NCBI GenBank assembly: GCA_964592515.1
Contig: CAZQFG010000001.1
Location: 1-58,338, forward strand
DNA: 58,338 nucleotides
Direction: 5' to 3'
Source of the DNA: an uncultured Chryseobacterium sp.
Lineage (GTDB): Bacteria; Bacteroidota; Bacteroidia; Flavobacteriales_F; PHOS-HE28
Part shown: positions 36,801 through 45,234 of the stretch, one piece after another
Layout: every line of letters starts with the position of its first letter
Numbering within the stretch: the stretch's first letter is position 1
Translations under genes and position numbers: made by a program
The notes under the pieces: generated by a model
Databases searched by the model: none
What the model was told of the DNA's origin: nothing
Seen by the model: only the letters and a program-made list of their open reading frames with translations

Positions 36801-37054
36801 CGGGTGCTGGCGAACGCGATCTGCTTGCCATCGGGGCTCCAAACAGGAGTGTGGTCGTAGGCCTCGTTGGTGGTCAGCACGGTGGCCTCACCGCCGGAAG
36901 CGGGCACGCGCCAGATGTCGCCCTGATAGCAGAAGGCGATGGTGCTTCCGTCCGGAGAAATGGCAGGCTGCCTTAGCCAGCGATCGGCCTGTTGGGCCTG
37001 AAGCGCTCCGATCAGGGCAAAGGCGGGCAGAAGGAGGTGCGAACGTTTGGTCAT
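33815..37054 (-). CDS. Tricorn-protease-like S41 peptidase (TolB-like beta-propellers + PDZ + S41 catalytic domain)
   Basis: Track ORF trimmed to MTKRSHLLLPAFALIGALQAQ. Repeated SPDG-x-x-IAF propeller blades, a PDZ region (PGIVIEQIDGQ), and a C-terminal S41-like VVDTRFNGGG ... SDAH. Carries a Lys/Glu-rich insert, KEVEKKKEEGNKSDKDKKDENGKKDEKSDKKEE. Confidence 0.85.
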   Translation of the reverse strand: MTKRSHLLLPAFALIGALQAQQADRWLRQPAISPDGSTIAFCYQGDIWRVPASGGEATVLTTNEAYDHTPVWSPDGKQIAFASTRHGNNDVFVMAATGGPATRLTFHSSPESPSGFTPDGANVLFYGHRQDDVRHQQFPVGGLGELYSVPTKGGRPVQVSTIAMQNARFNATGTSIVYHDRKGYEDNYRKHHTSSVTRDIWTFDPKTKAYAQLTTFAGEDRDPVFNRDGSTIYYLTEEKGSYNVHKMPSTGGASTQVSFLKDHPVRSLSLSNTGTLCFNYRGEIYSLTDGGTPVKVEIRTHSDGRYLPERTVSVNGDISEVMPSPNGKEVAFIHRGEVFVSSLEGTTRRVTNTPEQERSVSWSPDGRTLLYATERGGSWDLYITSIVRKEEPYFFNATLLKEEALLATPAEEFQANYSPDGKEVAYLEERTTLKVFNIATKQTRTVMPAVRNYSYADGDQWYSWSPDSKWFLVEFLNKEQWINQVGIINADGKQEVIDLTRSGYGGYHPEWSADGSAVYFYSSRDGMKNHASWGGQSNVYALFLTREAYDRYKLNKEELELAKEVEKKKEEGNKSDKDKKDENGKKDEKSDKKEEVKPVKIEMEGLYDRKVRLTVHSSNLSAAVLSKDAEKLYYLTPFEKGFDLWQTELRTRETKIISKLGAGWAGDLKIDKEGKNLYFISNGSISRYDLEKSEMKGVGVNGEMTLNENAERAYLFEHVWRQVKKKFYRVDLQGVDWDLYKKEYQRFVPDINNNYDMAELLSEMLGELNASHTGAGYRHSEPTDDQTAALGLLYAPHDGPGLLVAELLPRSPVLKEGSKVRPGIVIEQIDGQALTPDIDPARLLNRKAGKPTLLALHDPKTNTRWEEIVKPIGLGMEMDLLYQRWVERSRHLVDSLSNGQLGYVHVEGMDDQSFRVVYEEALGRYHDRKGLVVDTRFNGGGWLHDDLATFLNGKTYMRFEPRGQNLGTEPQFKWQKPSVVVMSEGNYSDAHMFPVTYRALGIGKLVGMPVAGTGTAVWWEGLQNGMWFGIPQVGMIDNNGNYLENQQLDPDVKQALEPGAVSTGRDQQLEEAVKVLLGQ

Positions 37055-37173
37055 GCAGCGAAGTAAGCGTATCGCCACCGTTTTTCGTGGCGTGATGGAA
37101 CGTTCGGTCATATGCGGATGATCACCAACTTTGTACCATGCAGACGCAGCACGCCAACCGCACCCTCGGCACC

Positions 37174-37635
37174 ATGCCCGTTCATGCCCGCACATGGATC
37201 TACAAGTCGCCACGCGCGTTGGGCCAGGCGGAACAGCGCTTGGTGCGCGAACGTGGTACTGAGTTCACCGAGGGTTGGGCTGCTCACGGTTCGCCCTTGG
37301 ACGCGTGCGTGGATGTGCTGCACGACAGATTCGTTGTGATCGCTGTCGATGAGGAGCAGGCATTGGCAAGCGGCTGCAGCATCGACAAGAGCGTGGCTTT
37401 CGTGAAGCGCTTGGAGCATGACCTGAAACTGATGCTCACCGATCGCATGGTGGTGATCTTCGAACAGGATGGCCAGGTGCGCAGCTGCCGGTTGCAGGAA
37501 CTGCCAGAACTGGTGAAGAGCGGCGTGATAACTGGTGACACCATCGTGTTCGACGATCTGGTCTCCACCGTAGGCGATCTACGCGAGCGTTTCCGGGTGC
37601 CATTGCGCGCCAGCTGGATGGAACGCTTCCTTTAG
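37174..37635 (+). CDS. Conserved Bacteroidota hypothetical protein (a family I recall as often mislabelled 'ABC transporter ATPase')
   Basis: WAAHGSPLDACVDVLHDRFVVIAVDEEQALASGCSIDKSV matches the remembered family core (W-x-x-HG...F-x-V-I-A-V-x-E...ASGCSID). The start was chosen at the internal Met. Confidence 0.55.
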   Translation: MPVHARTWIYKSPRALGQAEQRLVRERGTEFTEGWAAHGSPLDACVDVLHDRFVVIAVDEEQALASGCSIDKSVAFVKRLEHDLKLMLTDRMVVIFEQDGQVRSCRLQELPELVKSGVITGDTIVFDDLVSTVGDLRERFRVPLRASWMERFL

Positions 37636-38153
37636 GGCGTACCTATTACCCGCACATCCGCAGGGGCAAAGAACAGGGGATGGCTAGGGCCTTTCGCAGG
37701 GTTGTCCATGCGGTATGTTCCCTCTTCCACTTCCAACATCAGCAATCGATCGAAGGTCCGGGGCGCGTAGGCATCAAGTACCAGCACGCTGTCCTCCAGC
37801 ACGGTCCATTCCTTCAAGCCTTCCAGCAGTTCACGATTGGCCAGCGTATACAGCATTGTGCTGCGTAACACCCGCAGGTAGTAAGGGGTATGTTCGCGCC
37901 GCCCGATGCGGGTGAACACCGTGCCATTCAATCGCCTTGCACTGGCCGTGGTGTGGTAATCCCTGTCCGTCCACAGCAATGTCCGGTCGCCTTCATATGC
38001 TGCGGTTTTCAAGGCCTTGCATGGCACGGGCACCTGTTCATCAGGGACGCGTTGCAGGTATGGTGCGTGTTGTCGCCGCAGCAGCGCCCAGGCCACCAAC
38101 GCGGCCACGAACACCAATGCGATCTTGAAAACTCCCCGGCGGTCCATGTTCAT
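37632..38153 (-). CDS. Membrane-anchored hypothetical protein
   Basis: 173 aa with an N-terminal TM helix (FKIALVFVAALVAWALL). No family recognised. Divergent from the CotH cluster. Confidence 0.5.
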   Translation of the reverse strand: MNMDRRGVFKIALVFVAALVAWALLRRQHAPYLQRVPDEQVPVPCKALKTAAYEGDRTLLWTDRDYHTTASARRLNGTVFTRIGRREHTPYYLRVLRSTMLYTLANRELLEGLKEWTVLEDSVLVLDAYAPRTFDRLLMLEVEEGTYRMDNPAKGPSHPLFFAPADVRVIGTP

Positions 38154-38196
38154 TCTGCGGTAACGGGTCTCAATTTAGAGGCTCAAAGCAACGCAT

Positions 38197-38601
38197 ATGC
38201 GGACCGAGGCCGATAGATGGGTGGGGGCATTGCTCCACGGTTGGGTGGAAGTGCTCACGCTGTTCATGTTACTGGTGGTGGTGCTGGCCGTTGTGGGCTG
38301 GGCTTGGAACCGGGGATTCCGTCCGGCCGATCGCGGTCCGTTGGTATCCTGGTCGTTGTTGGTTTCGGCCATCGGTCTTGTGCTCCTTTTGCGGTTTTTC
38401 GATCAGGCGTTGGCGGCGTCGTTCATCATTTCCGGTGGCCTGGTCATTGGCGGGTTGCTGGGCCGTGCCATCGAACCGCGCGGGCTCATCATCCCTGTGT
38501 TGCTCATTGCCGCATTGCTCGGTCTTGGTTTGGTGATGAGCGCATTGGTGCTCTCCGCCATACTGGTGTTGGTCCTCTTGTTCAGTGCCCGGACACGATG
38601 A
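38197..38601 (+). CDS. Small polytopic membrane protein, first gene of the CotH cluster
   Basis: 134 aa, about 4 hydrophobic helices. Its stop overlaps the next start (ATGA, 38598-38601). Confidence 0.6.
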   Translation: MRTEADRWVGALLHGWVEVLTLFMLLVVVLAVVGWAWNRGFRPADRGPLVSWSLLVSAIGLVLLLRFFDQALAASFIISGGLVIGGLLGRAIEPRGLIIPVLLIAALLGLGLVMSALVLSAILVLVLLFSARTR

Positions 38602-40202
38602 GCGTGAAACGAAAAGGACAGGTTGTCGTGTGGGCCGTGCTGGCCGGTGCGGTCGCCATGTCGCTGGTCGTATTCGCTGCTGTGTTGGGTCCCATGCGTG
38701 CAGTGCATATCGCTGCATCAGCCTTCCTTTCCACCACGGTGGATGGGCTTGCTGGATCAACGCCGAAGCATCGCATACCGGTACTGGATCTTTCCGTTGA
38801 TCAGGAGAAGTTGGACAGCCTCTCCGCCGATCTGCCGTGGAGCGGTGGGCGCAATATGCCTGCGGTGTTGCATCACAACGGCGCCGATCACAAGGTGCGA
38901 TTCCGATATCGCGGCGTGTACGCCACCTCACACTTTCTCGGTGGTAAGCGGTCGTTCCGGCTTTCGTTGAAACGCAGTGGACCCTTCGCGCCATACCGTA
39001 AGGTGAACGTGATCAACCCGAAGGCCTTCAACATGGTGAACGATCACATGGCGGCCTTCGTCGGTGGCACCATGGGCGTTGCCGTTCCATGGAACGAGCT
39101 GGTCTTCGTCCGCATCAATGGTCGCGATCAAGGGGTGATGGAAGTATTCGAGCAAGTGGACGGCGAGTTCGAGCGCAACCGACACCTTGTCGATCATGAA
39201 GTGCCGGTTTACAAGGGTGATTATCCCCCCATCACGGGACGCGCGCTCACCAAGGGCCGCAGCCTGTGGACCAACACCGCACATTGGGAGTATGTATCCG
39301 ATGCGGACAGCTCTGTGGCCCATGCCCGCTTGAAGGCGCTGGTTGAGGCCCTCCGTCCTGACGACCGGCCATTAGGCGCACGACGCGACTCCATCGCGCG
39401 TTTGGTGGACGTGGATGCCTTTCTGCGTTATCAGGCCGCCATTCTATTGTTGAACACACAACACATCGATCAGTACCACAACCAATGGTTGGTGCTCGAT
39501 CCACGCACACAACGGTTCTACCCGGTGCTCTGGGACGCGTTACTGCTCTTCGCGCAGCCCGGCGAACCGTTGTACTACGTGCACGATGCGCTGGCTTATT
39601 GGATGTTGCGTGTGCCCGAGTGGCGCCTGCAACGTGACCGCTATGCATGGCAGGCATTGCAACATTTGCATGGGGAAGGAGAGTTCGAGGCTGAACTTGA
39701 CCGCGTGTTGGACCGCATACGCCCGTCCGTACTTGCCGATAGGAATAAATACGGGAACGTCACCTTGTTCGCCGAGGATGTGCACCGGTTCTCGCTGGTG
39801 CATGTGATCTCGTCCATCGCTGGGCTGCGTGATGGCACGCGTCGTTGGTGGAACATCACGAAAGCACGATTGCAAGCGAATGAAGTGGAGGTCACCCGTG
39901 CGGACAGTCTGCATCTCGTCTCCTCCTCCGCAGCGCCACTGCGCTTGTCGTGGAAAGGAACAGAGGCTGTGCCGGAGCTTGTTCATGTGAACGGGGTGCC
40001 TGTCGTTCCGGTAGCTTCGGAAGGAGGGTGGTCGTTGGTCGTGCATCGGACCTTGGTAACGCCGGAAGGCTCCGAGGACCATCCGTACGCGGACAAACGC
40101 CATTTCGATGTGGCTCCGCTCGATAGTTGGGTCCGCTTCGCGAAAGGAGTGCCGGCCACCTTGCGCATCACCAATGCCATTACCGATGAGGAGGCCCGCT
40201 AA
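38598..40202 (+). CDS. Membrane-anchored CotH kinase-family protein
   Basis: Track ORF 38217-40202 trimmed to MSVKRKGQVVVWAVLAGAVAMSLVVF (signal anchor). CotH core: RFRYRGVYATSHFLGGKRSFRLSLK, KVNVINPKAFNMVNDHMAAFV, FVRINGRDQGVMEVFEQVD. Confidence 0.8.
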   Translation: MSVKRKGQVVVWAVLAGAVAMSLVVFAAVLGPMRAVHIAASAFLSTTVDGLAGSTPKHRIPVLDLSVDQEKLDSLSADLPWSGGRNMPAVLHHNGADHKVRFRYRGVYATSHFLGGKRSFRLSLKRSGPFAPYRKVNVINPKAFNMVNDHMAAFVGGTMGVAVPWNELVFVRINGRDQGVMEVFEQVDGEFERNRHLVDHEVPVYKGDYPPITGRALTKGRSLWTNTAHWEYVSDADSSVAHARLKALVEALRPDDRPLGARRDSIARLVDVDAFLRYQAAILLLNTQHIDQYHNQWLVLDPRTQRFYPVLWDALLLFAQPGEPLYYVHDALAYWMLRVPEWRLQRDRYAWQALQHLHGEGEFEAELDRVLDRIRPSVLADRNKYGNVTLFAEDVHRFSLVHVISSIAGLRDGTRRWWNITKARLQANEVEVTRADSLHLVSSSAAPLRLSWKGTEAVPELVHVNGVPVVPVASEGGWSLVVHRTLVTPEGSEDHPYADKRHFDVAPLDSWVRFAKGVPATLRITNAITDEEAR

Positions 40203-42366
40203 GCGAACCGCCATCGGACTTTGGCCACTGCTCGGCGGACTGCTTGTGCCGCTGGCGTTGTTGGTGCTGGTGTTCTCCGTGGCCGATCACGGGCTGTTGG
40301 CCGGTCGTTGGCCGTTCAGCATCTCCAACGCCGAAGTGGACGCTTATGCAGCGTTGCTTGATCTACGTCCGGAGGACCGTGGCGAGGCACGCGCGGAGAT
40401 CTATCGTTTTGGTGGCTCGAAGAAGGACGGTGCCTGCTTGATGGACCACACGGGCCCGGGTTGGACGGACCGCTGGTTCGAGGCCGAAGGGTACGGCGAT
40501 TCGGTCGAGGTGCGCCGCCTGCGCACGGTGGACGATGGCTTCGTGGTGAAATTCAAGCGCGCTGAACCGTTCCGCGCGCAGCGGCATATCGTGCTCATGC
40601 CCGCCTCGGTGGAGAGCATGCGCGCCAAGTACCTCGAGGTGCTCGCTGGTGAACTGGGGCTCATTACGCCCGAGGTCTCCTTCGTGCGTGTTATCGCGTG
40701 TGGTCGCGACCTCGGGCTCTTCCGCAAAGAGGAGCGCATTGATGCCGATCTGTTGGAGAAGCAGCGCATGGCCGATGGTGCATTGTACGAACAGGGCTAT
40801 AATGCCCGGCACCCGGACCACCTGTATCCTGCGTTCGATGACGATACCACGGCAGCCGTCATGCTGCGTGCCACCTTGCGACTGGCGCGTGCGGACATGG
40901 CTGCTGGCCGCACCAACGCGCTATACCATGTGGTGGACCACGATGCCGCAGTTGGCCGATTGTTGATGCACGTGCTGGAGCGTGATGGGTTCCAGGAAGA
41001 GGATGTGTTCGCCTATCGGTGGTCCGAGGGACGTGTGGTGCCGCTGTACCGACCCGCACGCCGCACCACCGATGTCGGGGTGAGCGATGGGCCGTTGATG
41101 TGGGATCCCCTGCTGGCACTGCTTTCCGATGTGCGTGTGCGGGAGGCCTTGCGTACGCGTTGGGAGAAGTTGCTGGAGGAGCGTTGGCGCCTTCGCGAAC
41201 GTTTCCTCACCATGGACCGCGCGTGGCTTCCCTTGCTCGCTCCCCCTGGAGGCCTGGCCATGGCCCGGGCACATACCGCGCGAATGCATGATGAACTGCT
41301 GGGCGCCGGGGTGGCCAAATTGGATCCTTTGAAGGCGCTCGATCATCAGCTGGTGAACGGCCCCGGAAGGGCCTCCTTTGAGCAGGATACTGCTGCGGCC
41401 CAGCGCTACTGGCCCACATTGGATGATGCCCTATCGGTGCAGCGTATCGTGCAACGCTACAAGGCATCGGTGCGGGGCGACACCATCATTTTCCCCCGAG
41501 GACGTTACCAAGTGGACGAGGACCTGGTGTTTCCTTTCGGCAAGAATGTGGTGCTTTTGCAAGGCGCACGCTTCGAGCTGGCACCTGGCGTCAGCGTCAT
41601 TTGTCAAGGGTCACTGCAGGTGCGTGGCACCAAGCGCAACCCGGTCTTCGTACGTGCCTTGCGGGCCGGTGCGCCGTTCGGTGTGTTCGCAGTGCTGGGC
41701 GACAAACGGATCTCGTGCAGCATCCGTGGCTTGAAGTTGGATGGTGGCAGTGAGGCACGCATCTGTGGGGCCTACTTCTCCGGGCAGTTCGCCATACATG
41801 GCGCGGGCTACACCGAGCTGGTGGATTGCGTGATCGGTGCGAACGCGGGCGAGGATGCAGTGAACGTGAAAGGAGGTCGCGTACTGCTGCAGGACTGCAT
41901 CTTCGAGAACGGTATGGCCGACCTCGTGGACCTGGACCTGTGCACGGGTCGCGTTCTACGCTGCACCTTCCGAAGTGGTCGTAAGGACAGCAATGGTGAT
42001 GGGCTTGATGTGAGCGGCGCGCGTGTGCTTGTGGAGGCCTGCTACTTTCAAGGCATGATGGACAAGGCCATCAGTGTGGGTGAGGCAAGCCAATTGTTGG
42101 TCCGAACATCGCAGTTCGAAGGCAACGCACGGGGCGTGGTGGCGAAGGACCTCTCCATTGCGCATGTCATCGACAATGTGTTCACGGAAAATGGACTGTT
42201 GTTCGCGGCCTACCGGAAGAAGCCCATTTACGGTGGTGCGCGTTTGATGCGCTACATGAACGTGTACAATGGCGATCAACGCGAGCAGGAGGTCGATGCG
42301 TTCAGTGAGGTGACCTCGGTGGAGCGGATGGACGAGAAGGTGCTACGGATCTTCGCGGCCGAGTAG
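40186..42366 (+). CDS. Membrane-anchored CotH-like domain fused to a right-handed parallel beta-helix domain
   Basis: Start set at MRRPAKRTAIGLWPLLGGLLVPLALLVLVF (17-nt overlap with the upstream gene). The N-half is CotH-like (HIVLMPASVESMRAKYLEVLAGELGLITPEVSFVRV). The C-half has periodic beta-helix rungs (DAVNVKGGRVLLQDCIF / DLVDLDLCTGRVLRCTF / DGLDVSGARVLVEACYF / KAISVGEASQLLVRTSQF). Confidence 0.7.
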   Translation: MRRPAKRTAIGLWPLLGGLLVPLALLVLVFSVADHGLLAGRWPFSISNAEVDAYAALLDLRPEDRGEARAEIYRFGGSKKDGACLMDHTGPGWTDRWFEAEGYGDSVEVRRLRTVDDGFVVKFKRAEPFRAQRHIVLMPASVESMRAKYLEVLAGELGLITPEVSFVRVIACGRDLGLFRKEERIDADLLEKQRMADGALYEQGYNARHPDHLYPAFDDDTTAAVMLRATLRLARADMAAGRTNALYHVVDHDAAVGRLLMHVLERDGFQEEDVFAYRWSEGRVVPLYRPARRTTDVGVSDGPLMWDPLLALLSDVRVREALRTRWEKLLEERWRLRERFLTMDRAWLPLLAPPGGLAMARAHTARMHDELLGAGVAKLDPLKALDHQLVNGPGRASFEQDTAAAQRYWPTLDDALSVQRIVQRYKASVRGDTIIFPRGRYQVDEDLVFPFGKNVVLLQGARFELAPGVSVICQGSLQVRGTKRNPVFVRALRAGAPFGVFAVLGDKRISCSIRGLKLDGGSEARICGAYFSGQFAIHGAGYTELVDCVIGANAGEDAVNVKGGRVLLQDCIFENGMADLVDLDLCTGRVLRCTFRSGRKDSNGDGLDVSGARVLVEACYFQGMMDKAISVGEASQLLVRTSQFEGNARGVVAKDLSIAHVIDNVFTENGLLFAAYRKKPIYGGARLMRYMNVYNGDQREQEVDAFSEVTSVERMDEKVLRIFAAE

Positions 42367-42367
42367 T

Positions 42368-43897
42368 TCAATGGAAGATCGCGGCCCGGTCAATGGGGCG
42401 CTCGCTCGTACGCAGTTCCGTGCCTTTCATGCGCAACTCCTCGGGCGGAGCCTTTTCCAGTGGATACAGCACGGCATCGGGCCGTTGCACGAAACTGACC
42501 GTAGCGATAGCGCCGTTCTCCATGCCGACCATGATGCTGCTGCAATCCGCACGGTTCACACCAATGATCCGTTCAATTCCGTCGGCTTGTCTCTCCCGTG
42601 CGAAGTACACGGTGCGGGTGTTGCCCTCGGCCACCAGTCTGCGCAGTTCGTTCTCCTCAAAGTAGCCGGTCATTTTCAGGCCGGTCACTTGGTCGAGATG
42701 GATGCTGTCCGCCTCGGAGATCAGGAACGCGTTGCCATCCACGAACAGCCGGTGTGCCTGCCCGTTCCTCAGTGCTATGTTCACCCGATCTCCAGTTATC
42801 TGGTCATTCCCGCTCCACAGGGCCGGGCGGTGGTGCATGTGAATGGTGCTGTCCGCATCGGCGTACAAGAGCGTGTCACAAACACCCTGTAGATCGCTTC
42901 GGAAGAATCGGACGTTGCGCCGGGCAGTGATGCGTTTGCCAGTGCTGTCGGTGGCGGTGAACACGGTGTCGCCATGGAGGTAGAGCGTATCGGCCCCCAT
43001 ACGGAGCACCAGCTCGGCATGCCCGGTCACGTAGGCCTTTTGTTCCAATGATCGGTAGTGGGCCAGATCACCGCGCACGCGGAGGTCGCCGCCACTGTCC
43101 ACCAGTTCCACATGGCCCCAGGCCTGGCCGATGCCCGTACGGCGGTCGTAGCGCAGGCTGTCCCCTTCGAGCATACGGTCGTTGGCGAGAATGCTGGAGC
43201 GGCGCGAGAAGCGCGTGCGTTCATTGCGTGTGTCATAGGTGCCGCGTGTGGTGTTGATCACCGTTGTGCCTTGGGTAATGGTGGTGGGCCCCATGAACTC
43301 GGTGATGCCGCTGGTGGTCACGTAGTGCATGGTGTCGCAGGTCACCGTGCGCTCGGGGTGGTCCAAGCGCACATTGCGACTGAAGATGAACCGGTGCGCG
43401 TTCGCCAGGTACTTGCCGCTGCCGCTGGTGAGCACGTTGTTCTCGCGCAGGTCCACAATGCGGCCACCGGCCGTGTATACCCCCACGCGTGCCCGAAGAT
43501 CATAGTCCAATGCGGGAGTGGTCAGTTCCATGCTGCGGTCGTTCAGGCGCACATTGCCTTCCATGCGCGCCATGCGGTCGGTCCCATTATAGGCGAGCCT
43601 GTCACCGGTAAGTCTCAGGCTGTCGCCCTGTTCAATACGCACATCGCCGTAGGCGTTCACGCGCTGGTCGGGGAACACATGGGCGCTGTCGCAGAACATC
43701 AGGGCGTTGCCGTGCTTCAGGCGCACATTGCCATTGAGGCGTTGTGCGCCGCCGCTCTGTTGGTCGAAACGCAGTGCATCGGCGTTCAGGATCTCCACCC
43801 TTCCACCACCGCCTTGCACAGCGGATTGTGCCACGATCGCTGTCGACAGCATCACCATCAAGAGGGGCAGCATGGCGCGGAACACCGGGCTCATCAT
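42368..43897 (-). CDS. OstA/LptA-like repeat protein (Bacteroidota long form)
   Basis: Multiple OstA-like beta-jellyroll repeats (GNVRLKHGNALMFCDSAHVF, GDVRIEQGDSLRLTGDRLAY, GNVRLNDRSMELT). The start may be 43936, 43897 or 43894. Confidence 0.75.
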   Translation of the reverse strand: MMSPVFRAMLPLLMVMLSTAIVAQSAVQGGGGRVEILNADALRFDQQSGGAQRLNGNVRLKHGNALMFCDSAHVFPDQRVNAYGDVRIEQGDSLRLTGDRLAYNGTDRMARMEGNVRLNDRSMELTTPALDYDLRARVGVYTAGGRIVDLRENNVLTSGSGKYLANAHRFIFSRNVRLDHPERTVTCDTMHYVTTSGITEFMGPTTITQGTTVINTTRGTYDTRNERTRFSRRSSILANDRMLEGDSLRYDRRTGIGQAWGHVELVDSGGDLRVRGDLAHYRSLEQKAYVTGHAELVLRMGADTLYLHGDTVFTATDSTGKRITARRNVRFFRSDLQGVCDTLLYADADSTIHMHHRPALWSGNDQITGDRVNIALRNGQAHRLFVDGNAFLISEADSIHLDQVTGLKMTGYFEENELRRLVAEGNTRTVYFARERQADGIERIIGVNRADCSSIMVGMENGAIATVSFVQRPDAVLYPLEKAPPEELRMKGTELRTSERPIDRAAIFH

Positions 43898-43939
43898 GGG
43901 GTGCGGGAGGAGCAAAGGCCGTACCATGAGCGGCACCGG

Positions 43940-44494
43940 TCAGTTCATGCTCACGCCGGGCAACTTGCGCATCTGGCGATAGTGTTGGCTCAGGCGTTCC
44001 AGGACCAGGCGGATGGCGCCCTCGGCCTGGGCGGTGGCCTCGGACACCGCACTGCCTTGTGCGCGCAACAACATCACGCCGTACACCGCTGTGAAGCAGG
44101 TCTCCACAATGCCTTTGGCCTCTTCGCCAGCCTGTTGTTGAAGCGTGGTGATACCGGGTCGCGCGGCTTCGTAGAAGCGATCGTAATCCTCGTCGTTCAA
44201 CACGTCAACCAGCGATCGGTGCAGGAACTCCAGTTCGTTCAGCACTTCCTCCACTTCGGACAGGTGTCCACTGCGCTCTAGACCCTGTTCGCGCATGCGG
44301 GTCATGATGCCGGCGTACCAACCGCGCACTTCAGCGGCTTCCTCGGCATCCACGTTCATCGGATCGATCAGGCGTTCAGCGAGCACGTCCATGTTGAAGC
44401 CGCTGGCGCGCACCAGGTCTTCAATGTGCCACATGCTGATCACATAGGCCGCGATGTTGTCGCGCTTCTTGTCGGCCAGCAGGTCCTTGGTCAT
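43940..44494 (-). CDS. DUF4924 family protein
   Basis: KKRDNIAAYVISMWHIEDLVRA matches the remembered DUF4924 N-terminal signature (ENIAEYLLYMWQ-x-EDLIRA). Confidence 0.7.
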   Translation of the reverse strand: MTKDLLADKKRDNIAAYVISMWHIEDLVRASGFNMDVLAERLIDPMNVDAEEAAEVRGWYAGIMTRMREQGLERSGHLSEVEEVLNELEFLHRSLVDVLNDEDYDRFYEAARPGITTLQQQAGEEAKGIVETCFTAVYGVMLLRAQGSAVSEATAQAEGAIRLVLERLSQHYRQMRKLPGVSMN

Positions 44495-45156
44495 TTCTTG
44501 TTCGCGCCTTTGCGAGCCCGGTGCCGTGCGTTCAGCCCGTTCACCAGGTCGTTGGTGATGTCGAGGTTCTCATTGCCCACCCACACCTGTCCGCCGTTCT
44601 GCACGCTGAAGATGTAGTCGAAGCCTGCCACCTTGTTGTATTCCTCAAGGAAGCCCTTCAGCTCATCGCTGATCTCCTGCAACATGCTTGCTTCCAACCT
44701 GGCGAGCTGGTCTTCGCCCTGTGCCTGCAATTGTTGTACGCGCATGGCCAGTTGTTGCAGCTCGGCCTCATCGCGGCGCTTTTCCTCGTTGGTGCTGTAG
44801 GTGTGGTCCTTGGTCATCAGCTCCTCATAGCGCTGTTGGGCCCTCTCAAGCTCTTTTTTCAGATTGTCCTCCAGCCTTTTGCCCTCATTGCGGAAGCTGT
44901 TGTCCTTTTCCTTCACCAGCTCGAACTTGCGCTGCAGGGTGTCCATGCGGAAGTAGGCGATCTTGGCATCCTTCAAGGCGCTGCTGTCGCGGATCACGCT
45001 GGGTACCACCACGTCCGCTTCACCATCCTCATCAATGGATATGTCATTTGTGGTGGATGTGTTGTTGGCGGCAGGTGTGCGCATCAATTCCCATCCCAAC
45101 AGGACGGTGAGCAGCACGTTCCAGATGATCAGCAGGAGGGAGGTGTTCCGGGTCAT
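44491..45156 (-). CDS. OmpH/Skp-like periplasmic chaperone
   Basis: Track ORF trimmed to MTRNTSLLLIIWNVLL. KIAYFRMDTLQ, a long coiled-coil region, ISDELKGFLEEYNKVAGFDYIFS. ATGA-type overlap with the DUF4924 gene. Confidence 0.75.
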   Translation of the reverse strand: MTRNTSLLLIIWNVLLTVLLGWELMRTPAANNTSTTNDISIDEDGEADVVVPSVIRDSSALKDAKIAYFRMDTLQRKFELVKEKDNSFRNEGKRLEDNLKKELERAQQRYEELMTKDHTYSTNEEKRRDEAELQQLAMRVQQLQAQGEDQLARLEASMLQEISDELKGFLEEYNKVAGFDYIFSVQNGGQVWVGNENLDITNDLVNGLNARHRARKGANKK

Positions 45157-45169
45157 GGGTGTAACTGAA

Positions 45170-45205
45170 GCGCCCCTTCCACCTTCAAAAAGGGGGAAGG
45201 GGCGC
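45170..45205 (-). terminator. Stem-loop terminator downstream of the 45235-47343 gene
   Basis: Perfect 11-bp stem GCGCCCCTTCC / GGAAGGGGCGC (45170-45180 and 45195-45205). It lies in the discarded 5' extension of the OmpH ORF, which supports the shorter OmpH start. Confidence 0.6.
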
Positions 45206-45234
45206 ACAAAGGTAACCGTTGGCCGTGGCGTGCC

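Noticed and set aside
38217-38597. 127-codon N-terminal extension of the CotH ORF, overlapping the 4-TM gene in another frame
   Set aside because: The extension is Gly/Arg/His-rich nonsense. The Met at 38598 gives a proper signal anchor and an ATGA junction with the upstream stop.
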